DNA of 63,149 nt, counting the filler, from Rhabdomonas costata (Eukaryota): NCBI GenBank assembly GCA_019059605.1. It is 37 parts of 37 records of this genome, joined end to end, with 100 filler letters (N's around TTAATTAATTAA, not from the genome) between each part and the next. Parts side by side here need not be neighbours in the genome. Positions count along the whole stretch, not along the records: positions 51,302 to 52,910 come from JAHMHO010012068.1; positions 53,011 to 54,605 come from JAHMHO010012069.1; positions 54,706 to 56,314 come from JAHMHO010012070.1; positions 56,415 to 58,023 come from JAHMHO010012071.1; positions 58,124 to 59,732 come from JAHMHO010012072.1; positions 59,833 to 61,441 come from JAHMHO010012073.1; positions 61,542 to 63,149 come from JAHMHO010012074.1; 30 more parts are not named here. One strand, 5' to 3'. The position numbers and the translations under genes were made by a program. Shown in pieces: positions 51,302 to 63,149 of the stretch (the stretch's first letter is position 1; the number at the start of each line of letters is the position of its first letter). The notes beneath the pieces are model-generated. The model had not been told where the DNA came from, searched no databases, and worked only from the letters and a program-made list of their open reading frames with translations.

Positions 51302-52910
51302 AGCTAAAGAATCGACTCCCAAATCCATCAAGGACCCTTCCATATCGGTGGCACTATGTCCCGACACGGCTTGGACACTTTCTACGACCAATGACTCCAA
51401 GAAAAGCCGTCGCTGTGTAACTCCATCGGGAACCGTGACTGTCACATTCGCAGGCTTTCGCACGACTCCAGCGTCTGCAGAAGTGCCAGAAAGCAACTCG
51501 CTGAGCATGGTTCGAAGAAAAGGTCTCTGATCCGCGAGCACGTCTGCAGAAAACTGAGCAACTACAACCACCGCCGAAGGAGCGCCACCGAAAAGCGAGC
51601 CCAGAGCGGATAATCCAAATTCCACATCGACAAAGGAAAGCCCGATCTTAGAGTAAATGCGCGGATCAAGCTGTGATGCCATCCCAACCTCTGCCCACGG
51701 ACCCCACTCAATGCTCACCGCCGAAAGCCCTTGCGCACGACGGTACTCCGCAAGCCCATCCAGCGCCGCGTTCGCCGCTCCATAGTTGCACTGCCCCGCT
51801 GACCCAAACAGCGCAGCCACCGAGCTGAACAGCACAAAGTGCTCCACTCCACACTCCATCGTGTGCTGGTGCAGGTTCCATGCACCATTTACCTTCGGCC
51901 CAAACACATTCCGGAACCGCTCCAGGCTTTGGTTTCGCAACGAAGCATCGTCCAAAACCCCCGCAGAGTGAATCACACCTCGAAGCTCACAGCAGCCCCC
52001 TCCCGAGCTCGAGCTCCGGCTCACAATCCCTTCCACAACCTTCTGCACGCTCTCCGAGTCCGAAACATCACAGGCCACGGCCTCCACGCGCACACGGCGG
52101 CCCTCCACGGAGATCCCGCAAAGCCGCTCCCACTCCTTCTCCATCCCTGCAGCCACCTTTCCAGACCTCGAAAGCAGCACCAAGTGCCCCGCACCTTGTT
52201 CCGCCATCCATCGTGCGGTCACCAAGCCGATGCCTCCGAGCCCTCCAGTAATGAGATAAGTGCCGGTGGGAGAAAGAGCTGCGGCTGCAGGTTTCTTTAT
52301 GGGGAGCCGGGTTAGTCGTGGGACAAGGCCTTCCTTCCGCCCGATGACAAGGTCGGTTTCGGTCTCCGAAGGCGGAGGTTTATAATGCATTTTGTTAACA
52401 AGGTGTTTCGCGGCATACTCCGCGGGACAATCGCGGCTGACGTCCACGCAGCTTATATCGAGGGCAGGGTTCTCCACTCTCGCGCAGCGCACAAGTCCCC
52501 ATACTGCGGAGCTGAACGGATCTTCCAGGGCCACCTGGGCCCCACAAGTGAACACAACAAGTTTAGGAGCGGGTCGCCGAAGGAGAGTTTCGCCAGCCCA
52601 TTTCAGCAGTGTCAGTACCATCTCAATCGTCCTATCCACTCCCTCATACGAGTCAGTTGCTGCCACAATCAAGAAGCCCGTCCACTCATCATTTAAGACG
52701 GCCTCACTGTCAAAATAAGTGGAAAACACAGTGGTTCCGATGGAATCAAGTGACTCAGCAATTTGCGCAGCAAGAGTATTCCCGTTTGCACTGGAATGAC
52801 AAAGAAGCCACTTATCATCGACGGCTTTTGCGCTATCCACAACATCCTTCAGAGGGGCCCAGTGAATACAGTACAGCAGTTCAGAGGAAACTCCAAGTTC
52901 AACCAAAACA
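51302..52910 (-). CDS. Type I modular polyketide synthase fragment: ketoreductase plus start of ACP; truncated at both ends
   Basis: Open frame across the whole contig. LY.IHW.P, VWGLVRCARVENP, YLITGGLGGIG (NADPH-binding), VIHSAGVLDD, PKVNGAWNLH, LFSSVAALFGSAGQCNYGAAN, SIEWGPW, and ACP motif LGVDSL. Confidence 0.96.
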
Positions 52911-53155
52911 NNNNNNNNNNNNNNNNNNNNNNNNNNNNNNNNNNNNNNNNNNNNTTAATTAATTAANNNNNNNNNNNNNNNNNNNNNNNNNNNNNNNNNN
53001 NNNNNNNNNNGGGGGGTTGGGACATGTGCGATTCCACAGCCATTGCACACCTCCGGCGGCAGCACATAGGCACATGTGCCAAAGATTTTCATCAGTGCAA
53101 TCGCTGCCGGTGACCTATGGCATGAACCGGGGCCGGGGGCCAACGCCACCATCAC

Positions 53156-54504
53156 CGGGTGGTGGTGGTGCTGGTGGTGGCCGTGGCTGTTCCGGTGATG
53201 AGTGACTCCCTCAGAGCATCAAAGACGTCTGCCGCTCCGCGGCGCTGCACGCGGTCCAGCAGAGTGGCCACCTCGGCCTTCATCTCCTGCACCGTTAGTA
53301 GGAGGCCAATCCGGTGGCTCTCCGTATTTGGGTTGGCAAAGCTGTCCCGGGACAGCAGCTCATGCACCATGAGGAGGTACTTCGAGAGGTCCTGACATGA
53401 CCCATACGCGATGTCAAAGTCAGAAGCGAAAAGACAAAGCCACAGTCACAAGCAATGTGAAAAAGCATCGGAACATAAATTTAGAAGGTGTGGAGGTGTG
53501 TGCGGTGACGATCGTCACTCAACGTTTGCTTGATTGTTTGGTTTCTTGCCTTCTGACTGACTGCTGCTTGCCTTCTGTTAACATCTATTTTTTTCAAAGA
53601 CCGGGCCACAATTGAACGCGACAATACGTGACACAGTTTCCCCCGTCTTCCTTCATGATTCGGGTTAGGATACGGTTCACAAATCGACACGGGTTCGGAT
53701 AGGATTCCAAAGCCACGAGTTCCGAACGTCCCACAAAACGAAGCACAAACCGGCTAGACCCGTGCTTGGCCTTTTCAGGTGAAAGTCCATGCGTTTAACG
53801 AAGCGGCGCGAGGCCCGAAGCGGCTGGCGTGAGTGACTCCCAGAGGTTCCGTGAAATTCTGTGGATCCTCATTCGATCCCGTCGCCTGTGAAACCTATCT
53901 GAACCCGAACGGAACCTATCTGCGCTCGGTGCGCCTCACTCGCAGACATAAGTACTCACTGGTTCTTAATAGCGCAAAAAGAGAACTCCGAAATTGTTTC
54001 TCTGTCCTCCTGCACACCGTAATCGTCTTGTGGACGTTCATTATCGGAACGTCGTCATCCGCACTCTCGAACGTCTCCAGCACATACACGTCATTCTGCA
54101 CCGCTGACAGGTCCTCAGCCTGCGTGTCATGACGATAGGACAATCGCGTCGCAATGCCAGAAGGGGAGGGGGGGGGTCACTTATGCTCGGAAGCACTCGC
54201 ATCAAAGCCACTCCATATCGACCCAGGCTCAAAAACCACCAAGCGCGCTTGCAGGAAGTCCATGGCAACAAAGGGTGATGGGATCTACAATGGGTACAAT
54301 CAATTAACACCCGCCTGCCAATGGCCACCCACTATCCAGGCATGCGCGCACGGGGAGAGACCTTCACCATGAGGTCCACCGCGACCATCTCGCACAGCTC
54401 CTTCTGCGACGCCTCCAACCCCAGCTGCCGGTGCTGGTTGGCCAGCGAGAGGTGCTGGCCCTGCAGCTCCGACAGCGCGGCCTGCATCGAGTTCAGCTGC
54501 GAGC
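53156..54504 (-). CDS. Unknown coiled-coil protein, three exons
   Basis: Exons 54504-54362, 54119-54018 and 53391-~53156 are joined by phase-0 GT-AG introns into one frame (QLNSMQAALSELQ...|AEDLSAVQ...|DLSKYLLMVHELL...). Confidence 0.7.
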
Positions 54505-54793
54505 CTGTCGCACATAAATCCGTCCCCACACTGGAACCTTGAATGCCACGTCACAGGGGCGATTACTCTCTTAGGCGGAATTTTCAAGTTACCCGATGCT
54601 TGTTTNNNNNNNNNNNNNNNNNNNNNNNNNNNNNNNNNNNNNNNNNNNNTTAATTAATTAANNNNNNNNNNNNNNNNNNNNNNNNNNNNNNNNNNNNNNN
54701 NNNNNATTTTGTAGCTGGTGGTGATGCAATTTTCGTAATCCTCTTGAACACTTCTCTTTTGCGATCGCCGCTAAACTGTTGGGGGGAACTCAC

Positions 54794-56270
54794 TAACACA
54801 CCTCCAGGCCCGTTGTAGATCTTGTTGGACTGCACCACGGGGCACCCCGAGGACTCCACCAGGAACCCTGGGCCGTGGTTCGCGAAGATCTCGTTGTGGT
54901 GGAAGCACCCTCCGCCCTTCGAGGACACCGCCACTCCGGCCCCTTGGTTGGCGCGGACACGGTTCCGGGAGAAGACCGGGGCGCTGCCCGTGCCCAGCAC
55001 GGCCACCCCAGCCTGGCCCTGCTTCGCGATGTCATTGCCCTCGAACTCGCCACCCCCACCCTCCGAGACTTTTACCCCAAAACCGTGGTTGGAGTGAATC
55101 TGGTTTTCTGAGCGAGTACGAGAGACGGAATCCCGAGAGGGGAGAGGGAATCCACTAGAGATCACCGCAACAGTGAGCCAAATGAGTTGTTTGCCTGAAA
55201 TAAGGAGTCGACCAATGCTGCCACAAGAGCTCGACAATGAGTACGCATCGGTTAAACAAATCGTGTGGTGAGTTGCGGAAGTCCGATTGTAATCTACCCT
55301 CTCTCTATATCTGATCTCACATTGCGAATCAGATCTTCGGCTCTTCACTTCTCGACACCTCAATATGCCAAAGTCAGCCTTTAAAAAATTGCCATTGCAG
55401 TGATAACTTGAAATCCATGAACAAAAGACATAGCTTCGCAAATGAAGCTCCGCTGGGCATCCATTGATGCACATATCCTCTCAAAATGTAAAGCAAAATA
55501 AATGAAAACGGGATGAGGGGAGCGGGTGCACACCGGTGAACTTCCCGGAGCCCGCCTTGACCCACAAGCCGTTGCCCTTGCCACCCTTGATGGTGTTGCT
55601 GTCCACCACGGGCGCCCCAAGACGCTCCACCAGCACCCCGCTACTGGCATTCTCAGTAATCGTGTTGTGCTGCAGCAGTGGAGCTGCTCTGAGAACCCGA
55701 ACACACACAGTGTGTGTTTCTAAGAGGGGACCGAGGAATAAAGATCTGGGGTGTGGCGTCTGATGAGGAAATCATCCCCACTTGTCGGCTTCCGCGCTGA
55801 ACGCTCATGCGACAGCGTTCCCGTTCGCTTGGCTGTATCTTTGCACTTTCACAAACACATGGAAAAACACGAGAGCACTGTAGGATGGATGATAACGACT
55901 TTGCGTCTTGTACAACGTCTTTTGATTACCGAAAGGCATCAAGGCGTCAGTGCCCCGCACACACTGATTCAACACCACACAAATTTGAATCGGCGAATGA
56001 AAAAGTCGCAGGGACGGCAACGAATGGCAGTCCCCACTGTTAGCACAAAGAAGGAGGAGACGGAGCGGACACGGCCCACGATTTGGCTTTTTGCATACCC
56101 GTCGGCGACGACCACCCCCTCAGCGAGAGAAGAGTGGACGATGTTGTTGCTCAGGATGGGAGCAGCCCGAGAGGTCACCTTGACGTTGCATACCCCATGG
56201 GCGAAAATCTGGTTGTGAGTGAAGGCTCCCTTGGCACGGTCCGTGATCAGCAGCCCTGAGAGCCCATTAT
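54794..56270 (-). CDS. Right-handed parallel beta-helix (CASH/NosD, FBXO11-like) repeat protein, three exons
   Basis: Exons ~56270-56099, 55688-55534 and 55107-54794 are phase-consistent with GT-AG introns. Repeating N.I..N...GV.V......P units. Confidence 0.88.
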
Positions 56271-56414
56271 ACCAGAGACATGGGTCCAACAACCCCACCA
56301 ACCACACCCAACACNNNNNNNNNNNNNNNNNNNNNNNNNNNNNNNNNNNNNNNNNNNNTTAATTAATTAANNNNNNNNNNNNNNNNNNNNNNNNNNNNNN
56401 NNNNNNNNNNNNNN

Positions 56415-57887
56415 ATGCGTCCTTCAGCTCGAAGTGCCGCAGCTGCTCGATGAGATAGTCGTAGCCTGTCTGCCAGTCCTTCTCGATCATCGGCGCGATC
56501 AGGCGGGCTGCGGTCAGCACAACCTCCATGTGCTTGCCTCGGCGCTCGCGGATCTCGCTGCGCAGGTGGTCGTCCACGCGGAACAGCGCGTGGTTCTCTT
56601 TCGCAACCTTGCGGGAAAAAGAAAGAGTAGGCTTACAGAAACGGTTGGGGCAGCAGATAAGATTCCCTAAGAAAATACCACGAATGTTCAGCAGGAAATT
56701 CGGCAGCACGAAGTTTCCCCACAGAGAGTGAGATAAGCCTAGTAACACCCCAAAACTGAGAATTTAGTATGTGACATTTTTTCCAACAGAAGTCTTTATA
56801 GACTACATTCATGCCGGTGGTCCTTCGCGACATCCTGTGTTTCGCCGTGGTTAAAAACTCTCAGTTTACGGTGTAGCCTGCTGTGCAACGAAGCAGCGCT
56901 TTTCAGTAACCTCCTCAAGCGAGCCTTACACCTGAAGAACCTGAAGTAGCTGAGCGCCGTGGGTAAAGTGCAGGGGTGATGGGCCGATGGGAATTCCAAA
57001 TGACCCGCGCACCTCATCCAGGACTTCCAGGTCGACCTCGTCGTCGTCCCCGGTGCTGCCATACTTCTTGATGGTCAGCAGCTTGTTGAAGTGCCGCTTG
57101 AGCTTATCCCGATCCCCCAAGGCGTAGTAGCACAGCAGCAGGTTGAAGCCGGTCTGGATGTCTGGGCTCTCCCCTTCCATGATGGTCTCGTAGGACCTTT
57201 TCGTCGTGGTGGGAGGGGGCGTGCAATTACCAGTTGCGGGTGAAGTGGACACAAGACGAGGTGTCCATGAACGAACCGCGGAATGGCACCACAGGGGCAA
57301 CGCTCTTTATGTAACCTGAGCACCGATTATTCTTCTGAAAGCGGAGCCAAAGAAGCCCACTGTCCCGCGAGCGCCTACAACAACGCGCCGGTGGGTGGAA
57401 GGGAGAACGGAGGAAAACTTCGCCTTGTTTGATTAAGAGCGACTTTCTGAGCTTCTGAAGCGGTTTCGCTCTTGTATGTCCCCTCGCCATCGGTTCACCA
57501 TTCGCTGCTGCACCTTCAATCGTCATTGATCTTTAAACCACACACACGCATTTACCCCGGGCTTTTTCGAGTTCAACGCAGCACGGATATTCCACCACCG
57601 GCCGTTCGTTTGGGTATGTAGTTCATGTAGTTTTCATGTATTTCATGCAGTCATGAATTTATCGTGCCGCTTCAGATCCGCTCAGGGAAATGCCAAGGAC
57701 CCCGTATTTCATTTCAGCTGCTGCAGGAAAAGGAGGGCGTTCGCCCACCACTGCGAATTCACATTGTGAAAGGTTCTACCCGATGGCGTCTTGGTATTGT
57801 CCGATCTTGACGTAGGCATTGCCGATGTTGCGGACAATCTTGTACTTCAAGTCCTTGCCCGTATTAGGAATCTGGTCCAGGGCGAGC
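56415..57887 (-). CDS. IFT88: Intraflagellar transport protein 88, three internal exons
   Basis: Exon 57887-57780 LALDQIPNTGKDLKYKIVRNIGNAYVKIGQYQDAI; exon 57196-57013 SYETIME..PDIQTGFNLLLCYYALGDRDKLKRHF; exon 56607-56415 DDHLRSEIRERR...LTAARLIAPMIE.DW..GYD. Confidence 0.95.
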
Positions 57888-58199
57888 CTGAAAAAAAGAG
57901 AAGAAAAAAATACTGGCAGACAGACATACGTAAACCGGACAGAGGGAAAACTTTCTGAACGACAACATCACCCACAAGAGTTCCTGGCAAGGCCGTCCAA
58001 CCTCAAGCAGAAGACACCCAACCNNNNNNNNNNNNNNNNNNNNNNNNNNNNNNNNNNNNNNNNNNNNTTAATTAATTAANNNNNNNNNNNNNNNNNNNNN
58101 NNNNNNNNNNNNNNNNNNNNNNNGTAACCCAGAGAATTTCTTGCCGTGGATAATCACGGTGGAGGAGAAAAAGATGAACCGGCGTCTTCCTGACCAGGT

Positions 58200-59070
58200 T
58201 GCAATCACCTTTGCGGTCTGGGCTATGGGAACGCACGCCAGAGGCACAGTTGGGTCGCTCAGACGTTTGAGACATGGGACGCGTTTGTAGCTTACTTGAA
58301 GACCATGTTGGGAAACTTTTGAGTACAACATTTTGTGGAGATTGGATAAGCTGAGAGTTGACGGAAACTTTCAGTTTTTCGTGTCTCAGTTCACACTGGG
58401 AGCCAAGCTACTGAGAGGTTGTCCTTTTGTTCATGACTTACACTTGAGGTACCTTTTTACTTTGACCAGCCACCCGCTCGAATTCAATCACATGGTTCAG
58501 AGAGTGCGGGGGTGGTCAGTGCAAGCGAGTGGCCTGAGTGGGATGTCGGTTGACGGGGGTTGGGACGCCATGACGTCAGGAACATTGCTGGGGGCGATGG
58601 CGTCGCCTCCCAGAGGGGTGCTGTTTGTGGAACGTGGAGAGGCGCAAGCCAACGCAGTTAGGACCCCGTCACCTAGACCCCCACCCACAACGACCAGAGT
58701 GTACCACAGGGGGGGAAGCTTTTGGAGTAAAGGTAGAGGAGGATTTCCAAGAACCGTTTCACCGGTTAGAGACAGACCAAGAGTAGTGGGTACACCTGTG
58801 GTGGGACAGAGGTCTATCTCGCCGAGATCACCGGCGACAACAAATACACTTAGGTTGGAAGGTAGAAGCCCTTTTGCACAATCAATATTGGACGACGCGG
58901 TGCAACGTGGGGCGCTGAGGTGTTTTTACTGCGGGTCACCAGGCCATTTCATGAAGTATTGCCCGGAATTCAGGTCGAGAGCGTGGCATTCCGCACCAAC
59001 GACATTGTCAGGAAGTACACAGTTTCAGGAATGTGGAACTGTCCCTGTCAAGAAGGAAAACTCAAACTGA
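58200..59070 (+). mobile_element. LTR retrotransposon gag with CCHC zinc knuckle, degenerate
   Basis: TFETWDAFVAYLKTMLG, frameshift, LWRLDKLRVDGNFQFFVSQF...LRYLF (retrotransposon gag pattern), an R/S/P-rich linker, then CFYCGSPGHFMKYC (CX2CX4HX4C) at 58921-58962. Confidence 0.75.
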
Positions 59071-59832
59071 AGAGGATTGGAATGGTGGCGACTCCAACCC
59101 GCGATATTGAGCCCAAGATTATTGACCGAGAGTTTGTGCCCGAGAGTTTTGCAAGGTTGTTTTCAGTCGAGCAAGAAGAGTGTGGGGGCAATTTGGCCTT
59201 GCCGTGGTTTTTGGATCAAGCAGTAGGCCAGAGATACAAGGAGGAATGTTGTGTGGCAAGCAAGTCTGCGGTCAATGAAAGTGATGAAGAAGGTGACCTG
59301 GAAGAAGAGCTAAGCAGTGAAGAGACCACTCCAGTGCAGACCCCGCGAGCAGCGAGTCAGCCAATACTGGGTGTACACACTCTCGGACTTCGATCAGGTG
59401 CAAGCGCGAAGTCAGAACTTGAACCCAGAGCAGAGGCAGACTTGGAAGAGACAGCATCAGCGCAGGCACTGTGTGTATCAGGCAGTTTACCGCCTGTCGT
59501 ACGGACCCGACTTTGTGAAGAGAGCGCAAAGGGGAGAGTTGTGGGTCAAAGAGCTTAGCTTGAAGTTTAGAAGTGTAGCAGTGCGGAGCCGAGGGGGGCG
59601 AAAAGACGTGTTGAGAGCAGACCATTTATTTGCCCCTTTGTTCACCTTGACACTTGAAAAGATGGACCAGAGGGGGACGGGTTCTTGGAGAACTTAAAGG
59701 ACAGGCCGCCGCCTCAACCATTGCTTTTATTGNNNNNNNNNNNNNNNNNNNNNNNNNNNNNNNNNNNNNNNNNNNNTTAATTAATTAANNNNNNNNNNNN
59801 NNNNNNNNNNNNNNNNNNNNNNNNNNNNNNNN

Positions 59833-59977
59833 CTGCGAATTTGGCCTCCAGGTCGGTTTTGGACTCTGCAACCTGGGACTGTAGCGCCAGGTGGCTTTGT
59901 TCCAGGCTTTGCTGGGAGGCCTGGATCTGCTGTACCGCCGACAGCAGTTGTTGGAGCAAAGCAGTGGGATCGGTCAT
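59833..59977 (-). CDS. N-terminus of a repeated coiled-coil ORF (homologue at 6441-6570), truncated by the contig edge
   Basis: ATG at 59977: MTDPTALLQQLLSAVQQIQASQQSLEQSHLALQSQVAESKTDLEAKFA. Confidence 0.7.
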
Positions 59978-60469
59978 TGTAAAGAGTGAACACGTGCCAC
60001 ACAAACAAAAAAGTGAATCTAGAATGAGGTGGGTGGAAAAACAGCAGAATTTGCGGGCTTTCTCCCAGGCGTATGATTTGAAAACCTACCTGCAATTGCT
60101 GAAGAATGGTAAGGATAAATGGAGTGAACGTCTTTCAGCTTGGAAAAGGGAGAAGAAGGAGACAAAGTTTGTTATTTTAATTTAACACATTAAGAATATC
60201 GCAACGGATCTTGGATCGTGCGAGTTTTCTTGCGGACCTTTTGTGTGATATCACTCAGATCCATCGTTCCGATGGTATCACTCTTCTGGGCTTTCTATCG
60301 GGTCGAAACGTTTAACGCGAGAGGCCGGGTGTACAAAAGCGCTTTATTGTGATCTTGACCTCCGGTGTGTATGACTGCTACGACCAACATCACCATCACT
60401 ACTACTACTGCATGTGGTGTCCTCTTAGATGGGCAAAAAGAAGCACATTCCTGGATTATTGTGGTGACT

Positions 60470-60720
60470 GCCGCATCCCGCAAATATGAGCTCTCTGAAG
60501 GACACCAGAGGAGAGAGACATCAGAGGAGCAGCGAGGTAGGGCCAGCGCCGAGGGTCGGACATCCGGAAGACTTTCAATCGTGGGACGTCCCCAGTACAC
60601 CTCGCACTTAGTGAAGTTGAGCTGCAGTCCCTTTTCATACAATGCCAGCACGACCGCTTCGCATGCTTCGGCCACATTGTCGTGCTTGAGGGCGGGCGCA
60701 AAAAAATGCGACGGAGCGTT
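60470..60720 (-). pseudogene. Possible non-LTR retrotransposon RT C-terminal remnant
   Basis: GLQLNFTKCEVYW matches the GL.LN..KC motif of non-LTR RTs, followed by VSLLWCP (consensus ..LLG.P). The YxDD motif is not preserved. Confidence 0.45.
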
Positions 60721-61934
60721 CTCTGTCGGGACCTTTCCCTTTTTGATGCTGATCGTCTTGGAGAATTGTGGCATGCCCTAACCACTCCACAGAAGCCACG
60801 TGGCAGGAAAAAGGAAGCAGCAATTGTTGACCCGCCATATCCCCGGTGGTTCCTTTCATTTGCAGCTCCCGTCTTGTATCAAGACCTTCTCTTGCAACTC
60901 AACACTCCCCAGTGAGCCCCCTTCTGTCTGACTTGACAACGCTCTCCGTCATCGGAGCGGTTGACCCGTTTCGGGACGGCCAAACCTACCTTTGTTGCTA
61001 GAAACAGCCGATCGAAGGAACAGATCGGATGGGATCGGATGAGAGCAGAAATCTTGCAGGGATACCAAGAATATCTTCGCCCATTTCTTGGCAACTGCTG
61101 CTGGAACGTGGAAGAGCCAGCTAACAGGATATCATAGGAAAACTCGTAAGGGACTGTTCGGGCAGGGTAACGGTGACGCCTCTGCACGCGGTAGGGGGTC
61201 CATGTTCAACCCCCCCCCCCCCCACAGGAGCTAGGGGATGCAGTTGCGCTGCCTGGAGCGCAGTCTGGCGCTCGTCCAGGTCGTTCACCACCTCAAATCC
61301 GGAAGCAGGCGTGTGTAGCCCGAGACCAGAGTTTTGGGAACGGAATGCTTCGTACTCCCAGACGGCCTGGTGTTGAGCAAGATCACCCGAGTCAGGTGCT
61401 CCAGCAGCAACTGGGTTAAGGAAACACCACGTAAGGCCACGNNNNNNNNNNNNNNNNNNNNNNNNNNNNNNNNNNNNNNNNNNNNTTAATTAATTAANNN
61501 NNNNNNNNNNNNNNNNNNNNNNNNNNNNNNNNNNNNNNNNNGGTTTTGTGTGTATGAGGCTTCCGACAGCATTGGGCTTGCTCTGAGACTTGTGGAGCGG
61601 TGCTTCTGCGTTCTTTTTGGTTTTGGTATGGTGGGGATGGTGGTGGTGTCTTATCGGCAGCACGGCGTGCCTTGAAACTGTGTTGTTAATTACACTTGAT
61701 ATGAGAGTACCATTTTTTCGGATTTGGTTTTTGCTGAAGTTGTCATCTTTTGCTCTTTGTTTCGCCTCGCGTGCGCCTGAAGGAGACAAAAGACCAACCA
61801 GCACAAGAACTGTTTGGATGTCTGCTGGTGTGTCTGTTTGCGGGTGCGTTTGTGAAGGTTCTCCCACATTAAAGAGATTCTTGTTGTCATGGCACACCCA
61901 CCCCCTGGTTACTGCATCTGATGTTTTCCCGTAG

Positions 61935-62244
61935 GTATAATAACTTGACCTATTTCGACCTCGAGTTTTTGCATACGACGTTCACCCCGAAGGCTTTCCG
62001 TGGCATGGCTGATGGCCTGCTCCAGCTCCGCAACCTGAACGAAATGTATTTCTGTGCGATATATTCCGCTATCAAAGAGAATGAGGCCCTGGAGCTTTCC
62101 CGGCTGGGTGGACTTCAGGAGTTGCAGAAGCTCCACCTGAACCTGCACTGTTGCAGTGTGAGGGGTGTGGCGCTGCGGCACATTATGGGGCTGTGGCAGA
62201 TGCCGAGGCTGCGTCATCTTGTCCTTGATCTGTCCTCTACCGAG
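61935..62244 (+). CDS. Leucine-rich repeat (RNI-like) protein exon
   Basis: TAG acceptor, NLTYFDLEF...LRNLNEMYF...LQELQKLHLNL...MPRLRHLVLDLSSTE, GT donor. LxxLxxLxL periodicity of about 26-28 aa. Confidence 0.8.
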
Positions 62245-62625
62245 GTACTCACATTATGGTGCTTAATTGGTGCTGGGATATCTTGTTTCGAAAGACATGC
62301 CGGAACCATACCAGTGCAAGGGGATGCCCAGAGGCCCCATGGGCATCCTTTTGTATCGGGCTCCGGTTGCATTGACAGTCCCAGGACTGGAAATAACCTG
62401 GAAATACCTTAGGGGGGCAGGGCAGGGCAGGGCAGGGGGGAGATTAACTCCCGCTTCGACAGAACCGCTTCTAACCAAAGCACAAAGAATCTCTAGGATC
62501 CATTTCTTCGGAAAATCCCGAGAAAACCGTTTTTTTTTGACAAATTTCGAAAAAGAAAAGATTAGATTTTATTTTTCCCTCTATATATGCTAGATACCAC
62601 GGCAAGGCAAGAAAGGACGACCACC

Positions 62626-62758
62626 CCTAAAAATCCGGACTCTCAGGGAGAGATGGGGGGAGGGGTCAGGGAGACCTGCCTAAACCAAAATCCGGACTCT
62701 CAAGGGGAATGTCGGGGAGGGGAGCGAAGAGCCTACATCGGGGAAATCCCCGACTCTC
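62626..62758. repeat. Three imperfect ~55-bp tandem units with the core AAATCC(G/C)GACTCTC
   Basis: Cores near 62631, 62687 and 62744, each preceded by CCTA. Confidence 0.6.
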
Positions 62759-63149
62759 GCACACATGTAGTTGGACGCATCCATCAAGAGGGAGAATACA
62801 TGCACTGGGACACGCATAGGGAGGCGATCCCGATCTTAGGTGCTGCGCTGGGAATTACGGGTACTGCCCTGCCAATTACGCTTTGTGAAGGGTGTCACGC
62901 CAGACTTTGACACCCGGAGACTGTTGGTCCTGCGGTGCGACATTATGTGAATCACTTCCTCACACCCCCTATATTTCTGTTTGTTAACGTAACTATATAT
63001 GCTTGGGTCATTGTTCAAATGAAAGTAGAGCCAGATGAAAGAATAAAAGACGAAAATTGCTTTATATTTTCAATTTCACCTCCCGTGGATACTTCATCAC
63101 AATAATATGGCGTACCACTCTGCAGCTCCCCCCGCTAAGACAAAAAAAC

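Noticed and set aside
51302-57887. PKS, beta-helix protein and IFT88 as a gene cluster
   Set aside because: They are on separate contigs, adjacent only because of concatenation.
1-63149. rRNA, tRNA, spliced-leader RNA genes, CRISPR arrays, bacterial operons or an alternative genetic code
   Set aside because: None recognised by eye. Conserved exons translate cleanly in the standard code, and in-frame stops occur only in decayed elements. Infernal and tRNAscan-SE are needed to exclude small RNAs.

Overview
This window is not a continuous locus. It is 37 unrelated contigs of about 1.6 kb each, joined by 100-nt N spacers that carry a TTAATTAATTAA six-frame stop linker, so no gene neighbourhood crosses a spacer. 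Most contigs come from an intron-rich eukaryote with short GC-rich exons and mostly GT-AG introns. Recognisable gene fragments are IFT88 and CFAP57 (so it is flagellated), NOG2, UTP23, an RBM5/10-like protein, a dual-specificity phosphatase, ZZ, PB1, LamG, LRR and beta-helix proteins, and a type I PKS KR-ACP fragment. A PKA regulatory subunit-like cNMP domain has the trypanosomatid-type cassette GELELMY-x-TP-C, which suggests a euglenozoan, probably a euglenid-type flagellate (inference). Several contigs are decayed transposons: Merlin/IS1595, Ty3/gypsy gag, RT and integrase, and possible non-LTR and pogo remnants. One contig (8560-10170) is very AT-rich and intronless and looks like giant-virus (Mimiviridae-like) DNA, with a hairpin directly after a stop codon and two frameshifts. 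G/T-only contig starts, C/A-only ends and fold-back ends point to whole-genome-amplified, probably single-cell, material. I found no complete novel multi-gene system. The best leads are the atypical PKA-R, the viral contig, an unnamed repeated ORF family, the PKS and the Merlin element. All family calls come from motif recognition, not database searches.
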